NCBI RefSeq assembly: GCF_036321535.1
Contig: NC_087443.1
Coordinates: 18,290,001 to 18,354,000, forward strand
Direction: 5' to 3'
Source of the DNA: Camelus dromedarius
Lineage: Eukaryota
Length of the DNA stretch: 64,000 nucleotides
Notes under the pieces: model-generated
Told to the model about the DNA's origin: nothing
The model's input: the letters and a program-made list of their open reading frames with translations, nothing else
Databases searched by the model: none
Made by a program: the position numbers and the translations under genes
Shown here: piece after piece, positions 37,886 through 51,789 of the stretch
Layout of the letters: the number at the start of each line of letters is the position of its first letter
Position numbering within the stretch: position 1 is the first letter of the stretch

Positions 37886-38371
37886 TGAGACAGGAAGGAA
37901 GGGGGCAGAGCACAACCATTAAAAGAATGGCAAAGCTATTGAGGGTGCGACATAAACTGATTAGAGCCAACTAGCCCAGGGTGGCAGAAGATTCAACTTG
38001 TAGTAAGCCTTGGGCCTCATTAGACATTTATTGTAATACATTAGCATGCTAAATGACACACCTACGGGCACCATGACTGTTCCCAGGCTGACCATAAAAA
38101 GCCAAAAAGTGGGTAGGGGTGCAATTCCTGGAAACCCCGGCCCCTTCCCCAAAATAGTTGGACTAATCCTCGCAATTATTAGCATATGAAGTTACCCAGC
38201 CCATAAAAACTAACCACACCCACAGCCTGGGGCCCACCTCTCTTGCCTTCGGAGACAGCCTGCACTCTGTCTACGGAGTGTTTATCTCCCTGAATAAATC
38301 TACTTTCACTTTACCACGGCTTGCTCTTGAATTCTTTCCTGCTCAAGACAAGAACCGATCCTCCGGCAACA
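37886..38371 (+). mobile_element. MER41-like ERV1 solo LTR (486 bp)
   Basis: TG...CA termini; near-TSD CGCA/CCCA; AATAAA at 38293; 'cattagcatgctaaatgacac...ccatgac' and 'ctctgtctacggagt...aataaatctactttcacttt' resemble remembered MER41. Confidence 0.8.
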
Positions 38372-38884
38372 CCCAGACTGTATTTACAACCTCGGGTCAA
38401 GGACAACCGTTGTCCATTGTTCAGCAGTAACTGAGTGCCTGCTTCATGCCAGACCTGTGCTCAGCCCTGGGGGGACAAAGACAGAGCCATGGTGCACCCT
38501 GTGTTCAGGGGTCTCCTAACTGGGAGAAGCAGGCCACACACACTGCAAAGTCAGGGGACCAGCAGGGCAGAGAGATGGGTCCCCAGAAGCTAAGACAGTG
38601 CGTGTGACGTTCCAGCCTGAAGACACCTGTCAGCCCTGGAGAAGACAGGGCTTGGCACACAGGAAGCCATCAGATGAGGAGACCTTTTGTGAACATTCGC
38701 CAGTTTTTGTTTGTTTGTTTGGTTTGGGTGTTTTTTTTTTTTTTTTTCCAGTTATTACAATATTACTTCATTTAAGGCCTGTCTTGATAAGTGTTACTTG
38801 CAAAATAGAATTATCAAAACTAGCTTCTGAATAACATAGCTAAGAAAATACCCTAACAAGTTGCACAAAAAGGGGTGACTTGTA

Positions 38885-39826
38885 CAGGCATACCTCAGAG
38901 ATATTGCAGGTTTGGTTCCGGACCACCCAGAATATCACAGCAAAGTGAATCACCCAAATTGTTTGGTTTCCAGGTGCATATAAAAGATACGTTTATGCCA
39001 TGCTGTAGTCTATTAAGTGTACAATAGCTTTATGTCTAAAGAAAAGTACACACCTTAAATAAAAAATACTTTCTTGATTAAAAAAAAGCTAACCATCCTC
39101 TGAGCCTTCAGCAAGTCATAATCTTTTTACAATAGCAACATCAAAGATTATTGATCATCGATCACCATAATAAATATAATAATGAAAGACTAAAAATTTG
39201 TTATGTTGACTTAAAAAAAAAAAAAACAGCAACCTAAAGGTTGTGAGTTGGGTTTTATTTGGGGAACTTACTGAGGGCCACAGTCCAGGAGACAGCCTCT
39301 CAGATAGCTCTGAGGAACTGTTCCAAAGAGGTAAGGGAGGAGCCAGGATATATAGGAGTTTTGCGGAAAATAAATAAACAAAACATGGACTTGAACATCA
39401 AAGGATTACTGCTAATCACAAAAAAACCAGACATCTCAAGTTAATAATTTAGTGCTTTTTTTTTTTGTTGTTGTTTTTGGGAAGATGTAAGAGTCTGGGC
39501 TCACTGAAATTACTCCTTAGATATGCATCTTAACTATCTAGGGCCAGTATCCTGTTTTTCTCCATCGGAATTACCCTCCAGGTGCACCATTGGGGATTGC
39601 AGCTGCAGTGGCTGATGGCTTGATAGCGGGCAATGTTCATTGTTTACTTAAATGGCAGGCAACAATTTTTGTCGGTGATAAGAATTACCAAAATGTGACA
39701 CACACACCCAGTGAGCAAAGGCTATTAGAAAAATAGCACCAGAAGACTTAACGCAGAGTTGCCACAAACCTTCCGTTAAAAAAAAAATACAATATCTGCA
39801 AAGCACAATAAAATGAGGTCTGCCTG
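38885..39826 (-). mobile_element. internally deleted Tigger1 element, interrupted by an LTR
   Basis: TA|caggcatacctc ... gaggtctgcctg|TA terminal inverted repeats with TA target duplication. Confidence 0.85.
39204..39664 (-). mobile_element. ERV1-type solo LTR inserted in the Tigger1
   Basis: TGTTGAC...GGCAGGCAACA termini; minus-strand AATAAA near 39255 and TATA-like 'ggatatatagg'; cetartiodactyl LTR-like wording; left end uncertain by a few nt. Confidence 0.7.
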
Positions 39827-42800
39827 TACACTTCTACAATCATCTGAGGGGTTACAAATTTTTTTTTTATCAACGTTATTTGCTTTTCAGAGGCAATTTG
39901 AAAAGCTGCTAATTCAGCTCACCATGCATGATACCACAATTTCAGACTTTCTCTTAGGTTCTGTGGTTTCCTGCTGGTTTCCTTGGGAGTTCTGGGTTCC
40001 TCTCTCCATAGACCTTACGGTATTTGTTATATGTCCCTTCACTCACTGATATCTCAGGTAGTAAATGGATGTAAAGATACAGGGAAGATGCCTGTGATGG
40101 CGTGTCCTCTCCTAAAACAGGACTGTCCTCCCAGATCAGGCCTCAGGAACCAGAGAAAATAATAAACACAGGATAAAATCAACATGATTGCAAAAGAAGG
40201 CCTGGACTCAGGAAAAACAGGGTGAGTTGCCCAGAACAAATTACCAGAAGGAATCAAAAAACAGCTTGTTTTTCCCATGGTGATAACCACATGCTACCTG
40301 CTTGCAATGTTTACCAGAAAATAGATTAAAGACCTTCCCACTGTTAAAATAAAGCCATTCGTTCACCCAGGATACAGCTGGCCCCTTAGTCTTAGGGAAA
40401 TGAACAAGAGGCTTATCCGGTCAGACCAGGTAATTTGTGGAGAAGCTGGCAATACACTAGGTGCCTGTGTGGGTGGGACACAGGTACCCTGAAGCTGCAA
40501 AGCCCTGGTAGGCAGCAGCCGGCCCTGCCCCTCAGTCCCTCAGCCCTGATCAGGCAGGAAAGGCAGTCAGATTCAAGCCTTTCCAAATGTAAAAACAGCA
40601 AATGCATGTGCTGTAGTTAGGCCCCGCAAGAGGGAGCTGTGATTGTCTGGGAGAGAGCCAGCTGCTCACCCGCGCCGGCCTCCCAACATGTGGGTGGGGC
40701 TCTGCTCCCCACCCTGGCTGGGCTTTTAATGGAGATGTTTTCTGCAAACTCAGGAATGGGAATTCCCAGAGTTTCCTTTCCCAGAGAACCCAGAGGAAAC
40801 AGAAAGCAAAGTCTCAGGCTTGGTGGACAGAACCATTGTTCAGGGTCCCTTGAAGGGAGATAGACCACTCTTGTCACTGCACCCAGGCCTTGGGCCACAG
40901 GTAGGACCAGCCTCTTTTGCATTGCTGCCAAATGCAGACACATGGCAGCAGCCCTCTCTGTTGAGACAGTACTTTTTTGGTGTGTCTGTCTGTCTGTCTG
41001 TCTGCAAGGGAGTGGGGGTGCAAAAGACAAAGCTATAGTAAAAGGAAGCTGTCTTGCCAAGCCCATTCTCAGCCCAGAAGCCGTTTTCTCCTAGAATGAG
41101 CCAACACAACTCAGGGGCTCAGGGACACAATGGCCCCCACTGGGTGCAGTTTCCCAGAGGAGCTCCAGCCATTAACTCGTGGCCCAGTTTTCCTAGAAAG
41201 AAGTGCTGTTAGGAGAACATAGTGTATCTTTTCTCCTCTGACCGTCCATCCCTCCCACCTCTCCCCTCTTTATATCTTTGTGTTTTGTAAATATCCAGTG
41301 CAACCAATTTCAATCATTTAAATTTGCTTTAAAATAATGTGGGATTCCATTGGAGAGACACTGCTAGGTAGAGGTTTCTTAACCTAGTTCTTGCATTGGC
41401 TCCAGAGCCAAACCCTCTGGCTTCAAAGCCTGGCTCTGCTGTTTATGAACATGTGGCCTTGGGCAAGTTACCTGCCTCCATTTTCTCATCTGTAAGATGA
41501 GGATTCTAACAATTCCTATGTGTGAGAGTTGTGGAAGGTATATCCGTCAGCTTTGCTATAGTAGCAAATGACAACCAAAATCTCAGTGGCTACAACTGCA
41601 TTTATTTCTCTGACATGTTACAAGTGAGTGCAGGGGGCTGCAGCTGGGCTTATGGGGCTCTGCTCCACATGTCTTCTCATCCTGGGCTGAAGGCTGAAGG
41701 CACAGCCCCTACTTGGGACATATTATTCTCAAGGCGGGGGGAAAGAACAGAGTGGTGGCAGAAACACAGTGACCCAAAGCTGCTTCCAGGATGGGTTACA
41801 CCTGGAGTTGGCCAACACTAGTCACGTGTCAAGTCAACATTAGCGGGGTGGGATATTGTTCACTAGGAGGCAGTGAAAGTCACACACCATTAAGCAGGGA
41901 TATAAAATCCAAGAAGGGCAGAGCGAACGCTCAGGAACAATCATATGACAGGAATAGTGAAGGAGGTACTGCCAGCGCTTCCAACAGTACCTGGAACATA
42001 ATTCGCACTCAGTTAGTGTTGACTATTATTATACTAACAAAGAAATGGAGGGCGTAAAACCCTGCCTGTTTTCTCTCTTTTTCCCCTTTTCCCCTTTATT
42101 CTTCCTCCTCCTCCCCATCCCTTATTTTTTTCTATCTCTTGCCTTTCTCCATCCTTACTTCCTACTCTGTCCACACTTGGCCACTCACAGCCCTTTATTT
42201 CCTGGCTTTTCTATTTCTCTTAAAAATTCATCTTTCTTTAGCCAATTCTCTTCTTCTCTAATCTACACCTCTCTGGGCCTTCTGTAGCTGGCCCAACTGT
42301 TCTCAGGTACAGGAAAAAGAGATAACCCACCTTTATCTGGGACACTATATTATTTTTAATTCGTGACTCTCTTACTCAGAAAATTTTTGAAAAATATTTT
42401 CTTATTATTTTACTGGACATAAAGCAATCAGTCCCAGCAGTTCATTTTTATTTTTGAAACGCTTCCTGAACTATCTGTGGCCACTGTCCCCTACCTCAGC
42501 CCCCACCAGCCACTAGCATCAACAAACTGTAATCACAATTTAATAATAAAATAGCAATGTCTCATGTTTCTTACATGTTAGGCATTGTGCTAAGTGCCTA
42601 ACATGATCTCATTTCATCTTTACAACAGTCCAGCTCCATTACTGAGCTGACATTCCTTGTCCAGGCCTCAGTCGGCTTCATGCTTTGCCATCTGCAGAGC
42701 AAGAAGTTCCAGCTTGAGATCTGAGCCTTTGATCTAGTCTGGCCTCTGCCATGAACTCCCTGTGTCACTTTGGGCAAGTTTCCCTCTCAGCCTCATTTCA

Positions 42801-42914
42801 CTGATCTGCAAGACTGATATGAGGATCCCTGCTTCATGAGACCACAGTGAAATAAAGATGAATGACCAGAGAATAGATGTAAAATCCCTTTGTAAACAGT
42901 GAGGCATCTTATAA

Positions 42915-43700
42915 ATTCATTCATTCAACAAACACTTGCTTAGTGCGTGCTACCTTCTGAGCACTGTTTTTAACACTTACAACAAAGAACAAATGTTGGA
43001 TTGTAACAGCTTTTTGCGCCACTGTGAGGCCATGAGTTCATGCTAATAACATGTGAAGCCTTTGGAGGGTTTTGAACAAAATGAATGACATGATCTGACT
43101 TGGGTTTTAAGAGGATCATTCTGCAGCTGTGAGTAGACCGTAGGGAGACCAGTGAGGAAGCCAATGCAATAATCCAGACAGGAGATAAGAGCAGCTTCCT
43201 GGAGGGTATAGCAGTGGAGGTGTTGAGAGTGGCTCATTTCTTGATATATTTTGAAGATAGAGCCAACAGACTTACTGATGTCTTGGATTTGGGTTTGGGG
43301 TGAAAAAAGAGACCACAGAGACATCAAGATTTTTGACGTGAGCAACTGGAAAGATGGAGTTGCCATCAATGGTTGAGGGGAACAGGTTAGGTGAATACCA
43401 GAAGTTCCTCTGGGGGTTTGTTAGGTACAGGATGTCCGTTACACATGCAAATGGCACTGAGTAATCAGCTGGATATACAAGTCCCAGAGTTCAGTAAGAT
43501 CTGCATCCCAAGGTCGGACTGGAGTTACCAGAACGCGCGTCTTCAGCACATACAGATGGTATCTGAAGCCGTTAGACTGGAGGAGTTCTGAAGGCCAGGG
43601 AGGGCCCAGGAGAGGAGAGGTCACATGACCCGGCCCAGGCCAGGCTGGCTGGGGAGGAGGACCCTGTAAGAGATGAGGACCAGGAGAGATCATGACTAAG
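42915..43700 (-). mobile_element. L2 LINE 3' portion
   Basis: 'ttcattcattcaacaaacacttgc' L2 terminus; 'gatcattctgcagctg...gtgagcaactggaaagatggagttgccatc' L2 body. Confidence 0.8.
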
Positions 43701-43799
43701 GAGAAACAAGGGGGTGTGTTGAAAACGACGGGGCTTTGGAGCTGAAAGACCAGTTTCAAGCCTGGGTTATCCACTTACACACTGTGTGAACTTGTGCAA

Positions 43800-44166
43800 A
43801 CTTCTACTCTAAGCCTTGGTTTCTTTAACTGTAAAATAAGTATGATCATTCCCATCTTGTAGGGGCTTTTTGGTAATAATTAAATAAAGTGACTCATGAA
43901 AAACAAAAGTACCTGCACATAATTAGTAAGTGCTCGATACTTGTGGAAAGAACTAAGCCCCGGAATCAGACGGGCTGGTTGCGTTTGAAAAGCCCCGACA
44001 CACAGGCTGCGGCTCGCCTGCCCTGAAGGCCGCTCCCCCCTCACAAAGGGAGATGATCACAGATCTTGTGGTCCCGGGGGCCCCAGGACGCCTTCCGAGG
44101 GGTAGGAGAGGAAAACAAAACAACGGGAAGAAAGGAGTTCATTTTTTCCGGTATGCCCGGGACCAT
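43800..44166 (-). pseudogene. C10orf25: disrupted homologue of the human C10orf25 (ZNF22-AS1) ORF; probably non-coding antisense RNA
   Basis: MVPGIPEKMNSFLPVVLFSSPTPRKASWGPRDHKIC (ATG 44166, TGA 44041-44043) aligns to remembered human MVPGPPES...PTRKASCDPRDLKSC. Out-of-frame NYYQKAPTRWE* near 43847-43881 matches human NYHQKAPARWEW and lies in a MIR. Confidence 0.6.
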
Positions 44167-44640
44167 AGAGGGTCGCTCCGCCAGGTTCCTAGAGCGGCGG
44201 CGGCGGTGGCGCTGACAAACTGCGCGGCCCGCACTTCCGGCGGCGCGAGGGTCGCCAGGCGAGCGAGCCACCGGAGACGGCGGCCGGTGGGCGCGGTGAG
44301 TGGGCCCGGGGCGCGCGGCTCGGGGCTTGGGGGCCGCCCCGGCGCGAGGTGGACGCGGCGGGGCGGCGCCGACCGGGCAACGGCGTGGCGGGCGCGGCTT
44401 CGGGCCTCCGCTCCCGGGCTGCCCGCGATGGCTGCGCGCCCGCCGGGGGCCGGGGGCCGGGGCGGAGGGAGCGGGGCGGGCCTGGCCTGTGGGAGCGACA
44501 GTCGGAGGCCTCTGGAAGGCGGAGGCCTTCATGGGATCCCCGGCGAGTTGAGGCCAGAGGAGGACGGGCCCAGGCCCCTGAATTCGCCTTCCTTATGCCG
44601 TTCACCAGGCGCGTGTCAGCATTGAACAGGCTGAACCAAC
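43960..44640. promoter_or_regulatory. ZNF22: CpG island, bidirectional ZNF22 promoter with ETS/GABP motif ACTTCCGG (44233-44240)
   Basis: Very CpG-dense; donor GCGCG|GTGAGT at 44295/44296 marks the end of ZNF22 non-coding exon 1. Confidence 0.85.
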
Positions 44641-45682
44641 GCCTGGGTGGCACGGGCCGTTCTGAGCGATTTACAGACATTGAAACTTGTAACTCCCTAA
44701 TAATGCAGAAGCTTTATTGTCATTCCAGTTTTATGTATGAGGAAGCAAGCAAGCACGTTCCAGTTTCCCATCACTCAGGTTTACCTTAATAACCCACGCC
44801 TGCTGTGGAATTACGCTGATGACCAGAGCGCTGTACTTGGCATTGGAAGTTCTAGGGTCAGGTTGCTAGGAGAGGGGAACCTGGCCAGAGTATACCTGCC
44901 TTTCCTTAGCTGTAAAATGAAGGTAATCCCATAAACCTGCTCTGGAAAGAAATGAGATCGCCCAGTGACTGGCACACAGCCTCCCTGTTGGTATGATTTC
45001 TTCATCTGTAGTGTTCTAGCTGGGTTAGTCTTTGAGTTTCCTGCCAGAACTGACTTCCATAGTATGAAAAAGTAAATGTTTTTTTTTTCAGCGTATTATT
45101 ACCAGTACAGCTGTTTTTTAAAACACCGACATGTTTCTCACAAATGTCTCCTTGTAATAAATGTCCTATAAATATTTACTGAAGTTAAGAAATGAGTACC
45201 GCTCTCAGTGTTGTGTTGTATGCAGTTTGCTCTTTCTGATACTTAACTATGGTAGATATAATTATTAAATATCCGGATAAAATCTCAGCACTATGAGGCC
45301 TGGCATCTCAGTTATACAGTAAGTTGCAGAAAAGGCAAGAACAGTGATGTAATTTTTGTTTTCAATTATTTACTTTATAAGCTTGTATGCAAGAGACCCA
45401 GGGTAGTTATTCCCATTTTAAAGTCTGCTTCCTGACACAAGATGTGGAAATTAGTTCTAATAATTGTATTACCTTTGCAGACATAGGTTCTCCCACATTG
45501 TCACCTATTTGGAGTTTGTGCATGTTTGCTTATGGCCCTTGTTTTAGGTAACCTTATATGTAATTAAATGAAATTAATTTGAAATTTTGAATTTTTGCAG
45601 CATTTGGGTATTTTAAAAATTCCTTCCTATTTTTACATGTAAACTTACTTTCTTCTCCTTTTCCTGTATTCTACCCACCACA

Positions 45683-45815
45683 TTTTTGGGGGTAGGTGGT
45701 TAATTAGGTTTGCTTATGTATTTATTTTTAACAGAGGTACTGGGGATTGAACCCAGGACCTCATGCATGTGCATGCTAAGGCATGCTCTCTACTGCTGTG
45801 CTCTACCCTCTCCCC
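45683..45815 (-). mobile_element. camelid-type tRNA-derived SINE (second copy)
   Basis: Reverse complement reads 'ggggagagggtagagc...gaggtcctgggttcaatccccagtacctc...aaacctaatt', same family as 13678. Confidence 0.9.
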
Positions 45816-46802
45816 GACCCACTACCTTTTATTCTGCTGTTTCATTCCACTATCAAGTAAAAGTTCTGAGATTTTTCTTTCTCCAAAAAAAAAGAGAAAA
45901 AATCCTCATGTTTCAAGTTTTCCAAGAATTGTCTTTCTTGGATCATGGGAATCTAGAAGAAATAATAATGAAACATCTTTTCATTGACGTTTTCTTCATC
46001 CAGTATTTATTGAGTAGACTCACATAAGCTTTCCACTCCTTTTAGAGTAGTTCCTACATTCAAAACAGTTTATGCTACAAAGTTAGAGCTAAGTTATTCT
46101 CTATAGCAGTGAAAGTAGAGTGGCTAAACAAATAAGGATAAACAGGAATATTTAATAAAGTAATATGATTTGTCATTTCTTCCTAATTTGGGCACCTTAG
46201 TTAGTCACCAGTGAGTGAGTGTAAATTTAACACGGGAATAAATGTTAACACACAATGATATCAACCAATAATACCTACTTGAATCTATGTGAAATTGTTT
46301 TTTCTTCTTCTTTTTTTTAAATAATGATAATCTATTACCCAAATTTTGATTGTCTTTTGGAGTTATTTCTTTTATTCTCATTAAAATGTATTGTCTCTAC
46401 TTTTTAATCCTTCAGAATTATATACTTATTTGTTATTGCCCAATATGAATTTATATTTCATACTATCACTTTTTTGTTGTTGTTCCAACACAGAAAAACT
46501 CCAAAGGTAAATTTGGTTAAAATTTGGTGGTATTTAATGAAGTTTAAACTCTGGAATGACTAGAATTATTTTGCGAGTATTTTTTTCCCCAGAATTGTCT
46601 TTGTTTTCATATATATATTGAATACATTTTAAATTTTAAAATGGATGAAATTTTGATGGGTTGAAGAGGTATTAAAGTTGAATAATTAACAAGTCATTTA
46701 TAATTTGTTTTTTATTCTTTTCTTCCATACATAGAAAATTCTGAGCTGCATAGCTCTAGAAAGTGAAACATTCATTCAGAAGAAGAGCATAGACTCTCTT
46801 AA

Positions 46803-47501
<699 letters not shown>

Positions 47502-48969
47502 GTAAAAGGCACTGCTTCAGTCCTCTCTTAAAAAAATAAGAAGCATTTCTTTTAGAACTGGAGATACTTTATAAAAATTCACTTAAATACTGTATCCTTT
47601 TCTAGCATGGAGAGGTTGGGAGTTTAATGACAGTGGACTGAGAGGAATTACATTGAGTCCAGCCTTCCTCATTTTTTATGTAATCTGGAGTACGAAGAAC
47701 TGAAAATATGTTTTGAGAGAATGTAAGTTCCTTGATCTCATTTGAAGTTGCTTCCTGCATCATTTTGACAAACAATCATCATGTTTTGATGACACTTGTG
47801 TAAAAGTGTAGGAATTCCAATGACTACTCAGTTTTAGGACTTTCTGTGGAAGGAGTACTTAAAAGGGAGAAGAAATTAATTCCATTAGTTTTGGAGTTCT
47901 GCAATAGATGAGAGTTTATGTTTGTATAGTTTTGCAGTATATTAACCATTGGTTTGTTAGTATGACTCAAGATTCAACATATTAAAATTAATTCATTTTC
48001 ACAGATTTTTTAATCAATAAGGTCCACCACTCTGTTAGTTTTCTTTTGTTTCTTTTCTGCTGCTTATGGACAGTTACTAATTAAAGGAAAAGAATTCCCC
48101 TCTTTTTCTCTAAATTCTTAGTAAGATGCTCTAGAAGCCAAAGAGAGAACTGAATTAGACCACAAATCTCCTCTTCCTCCTAGTTCTGGTCTTTCTGGTG
48201 ATGTTACACTCTGTCACTTGTTTTCCAGAAGTTGGAATGGATTTATGTTAGTCCATCACCATGTTTTTTACTTCTTTCAGGATTCTCTTGTGCTCTGACA
48301 AACTGAGCTAGCCTTTTACAGCTACATGAATAAATAACTAAACCAAAATTATTTTTCCAAAACAATCTCAACTTGTGAATTAAAAATCTACAATTTCCAT
48401 GCCTCCCTGCCTTCCCTTTTGAGAGCTTCAGATAACTCTGGTTACCTTAAGTGTTTGCCAGCAGCAGACGTAAGGTTTTTGAAAAGTCAGTCACGTCAGT
48501 GCATTGTAGTTCCTTTGAAACCTAAGTTTTTTTCTGAGTTATATGAATTATTTACAAAACCAAACAAGTTTCTTATCTTTCATCAGAACAGTGCCAAGTG
48601 TTAAACATTCTGATCAGCCTTCAGCTCAGGTTTTAATTTCTGTTGAATGCTAACATTCTTCTGATTTTATATCTTTTATAATCATATCTGTTCCTGCTGT
48701 ATTAATGACAGTTATCCATAAAAATAAAAAAAAGGACTATTTTGCATACTACTTTCTGTTAATTTTTCTCCTGGGAAATTGTTTTCATGATGTAGGCAAC
48801 ATCTAAAATCACAGCCTCCTGAAGAATCACTTGTTTTGCCTGTCTTTGATTGCCTCAGACTTGAACTTTGCCTCCCTCCTGGCCCTGCATTTGAGTGCAA
48901 GGTCATAGAAGATGGCCTTATTGACAACTATTTCATCCAGTAGGTTATCCACAAAGTATTTTGTCCATA

Positions 48970-49424
48970 CAGGCATGTCTNNNNNNNNNNNNNNNNNNNN
49001 NNNNNNNNNNNNNNNNNNNNNNNNNNNNNNNNNNNNNNNNNNNNNNNNNNNNNNNNNNNNNNNNNNNNNNNNNNNNNNNNNNNNNNNNNNNNNNNNNNNN
49101 NNNNNNNNNNNNNNNNNNNNNNNNNNNNNNNNNNNNNNNNNNNNNNNNNTTAAAATTATTGCTAAAAAAATGCTATCATCTGAGCCTCCAGTGAGTCATA
49201 GCAATAACATCAAAGATCACTGATCACAGGTTACCATAACAAATATAATAGTGAAGAAAATTTGAAACATTGCAAGAATTGCCAAAATGGGACACAAAAC
49301 ACCAAGTGAACAAGTGCTGTTGCAAAAAATGGCGCTGACACACATGCTCAACACAGGGTTGTCACAAACCTTCAATTTGTTGGAAAAAAAAATCAGTAAA
49401 AGCACAGTGAAACAAGGTATGCCT
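48970..49424 (-). mobile_element. internally deleted Tigger1 (second copy; contains the 170-N gap 48981-49150)
   Basis: TA|caggcat ... aaggtatgcct termini; internal sequence colinear with the copy at 38885. Confidence 0.8.
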
Positions 49425-51743
49425 TATGAAGTGATCACAGTTATCTTTTACAAAAGCCATTGTTTAGATTTTACTCTGATTTATGAGGTTGTCAGAGGCA
49501 GAGAAGCCATTGAGTCATCTGAAATTGTCAGTGGCAAAAGTATTACTCCCATAAATTTAAAGGTGAGTTCAGTTTTATTTTCACTGATTTAATACTCTTG
49601 AGAGATACATATAAAGGGCAAGAACCATCTAATAAGTTTCTAAGAGAAATTTTAAGAATTTGTATGAATTTTTTTGACAGGTGGTGGGAGTACCTCTTCA
49701 AAATGGAAATACATATCCACAGAGAGCATTTATTCCCAATGTTAAGGAAGCAAAGTGCTCTCATCTTGTTGAAAAAATAAATACTTGTTAAACACTGGGC
49801 ATGTGTAAAAGACTGGTAAACAAAAAGCAAAGGTACCCTTTGTAAAAATAATACTAAAGTAAGTCATGAATATACAGTATGATTGCCATTCATCCTGGGA
49901 GAATCTACACCTGGTACAGGGAAGGACAAGATCTTGGAAGAGACGACACTTAGTTTAGGGAATAGAAACCCAAAATGTAGGAGCCAGGCAGCTACTGTAA
50001 ATGAAGTGGGATGTGAGTGCTGTCAGCTGAAGTGCACAGCCCCACATGAGAGGATAACCCTGAGTCAGTCTTAGCTGATTGCTGCCATGCAGAGATTCTG
50101 GCCCAGGTACACCGGCTCTTGATTTTTCAAGAGACGCTAGAAATCCAGATTGTAAAATTCACAACACGTCTTACCAGTTTGTCACACCGGAACTGTTTTG
50201 AAGGCTCCATAACTTGTTCCTGTGTTGGAGGAGGAGTGGCAGGGGGAAGAGTGCCTAGTGTGGTGAGAGGCAGAGATACATGATGGAGCGGAAGCTGTGT
50301 AGCACAGGGCAATCTGCTCAAAAGAGCAGCAAGTAGCTGATTCATTGACAGTCCAGTTTCATCCAAGAGTTGTGAGGGAGGGAGGGTGAGAGTGGGCCTC
50401 TAGGAGAGCCTTAAATACCCCTTGAGAGTGAAACAGTTTGATAAGATGGGCAGTATGAAGTTTCCCAGAGCATAGGTTAGAAGGTGATGGATGGTCCAAT
50501 GGGAAATAACCAGCCAGAAGAAAAATCTGTAAGGCCCACTTGGGTAACTGGACCTACAAGGCTTCTCCTCCTGCCTTGAACCTCAAGTCTTACCTCCTTT
50601 CATTCCTTGCCTCATGCCTAATGGCAGTAACTCCAAACTGCTCTGTACCTTTGCTTGTTCTGCTTTGATCAATATCTATTCTGAGAGTTAGGCCTCCAGA
50701 AAGTAGGCTTTGAACCTTCCTTAGGTGTTCTTCCTTTAATTGGAAATCGTAATGATCATGTTCCAATCTCTCTCTTGTTCTCCCTCTGACCTAGGCAGTG
50801 AACTTCTGGCTTACAGTAGTCACTCAGTTGAAAGTTTTAATGAAGAAAGGCCAAGAAGAAGTACTGAAAGAAAGTTAGAGAAAGAGTAAGAAGTTCTGGA
50901 AAGTTTCCAGCCTGGCTGTCAGCTGTCATGCCTACCTAGCTGGAGAGGCACACCTGGCACTTCTCTTTAAGTGGGTGATGAAAGAACAAATGTATACAAC
51001 GCCATCAAATTTTAAGCAATCAGATTTTCATGGTCTGAGGAACCTGGGAAGACCACTTACCTCACCCTCCCCTAAAGTGGATGATTATTTTGTAATGACC
51101 AGACACTTCTTTTATACTGTTTGCATTATAAAATACATACACACAGGATCTATATAGTTCTATAAAACTGGTATCATTTTCAACTTTTAAACTGGAGCAT
51201 CTTTAGGACTTGGCAGACTTTAAACTACACACACACTTTTTTTTTTTTTTTGACTGTCAACTTTGTGAACAAGCAATTCCAGATCCTTCAAAAGTCAATG
51301 AAGTTTTTGGGAAGAGGTGTTAAGTTGGTGACTTGAAGACACTCTTTATGATTTGAAAGGTAGACACTTGGCTCAAGGAGACCACTTGGTGTCAATGATC
51401 ATCAAGAGTACTCTTAGGACAGTCCAAGGAGGAAGAAATGTCTAAAGCAGGGTTGTAGAGTGGAGAGTCCAAGGAGGAGCAGAAGTAAGAGATACTGTTG
51501 TACTGGGGGCCAGGCCTGGAGGCACCGCAGATTTGACGTGCAAGCAAGGCAGGAAAGAAGATAATGGAGGCTTCTGGCTTTGGTGACTGGAAGGGTTGGG
51601 GGAGAAGATGATTAATTTGCTTTAGGAAATGTGGATTTGGAGATGCTTGGAGTATCTGGGTGAAAAAGTATAACAGGAAATTGAATATCTGTGTCTGAAA
51701 TGTAGAAGATACTGAAGAAGGAAATTAATTTCATTTGTGCCAG

Positions 51744-51744
<1 letters not shown>

Positions 51745-51779
<35 letters not shown>

Positions 51780-51785
51780 ATGTAT
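51745..51785. repeat. (TG)n(TATG)n compound microsatellite
   Basis: Read directly. Confidence 0.9.
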
Positions 51786-51789
51786 AATA

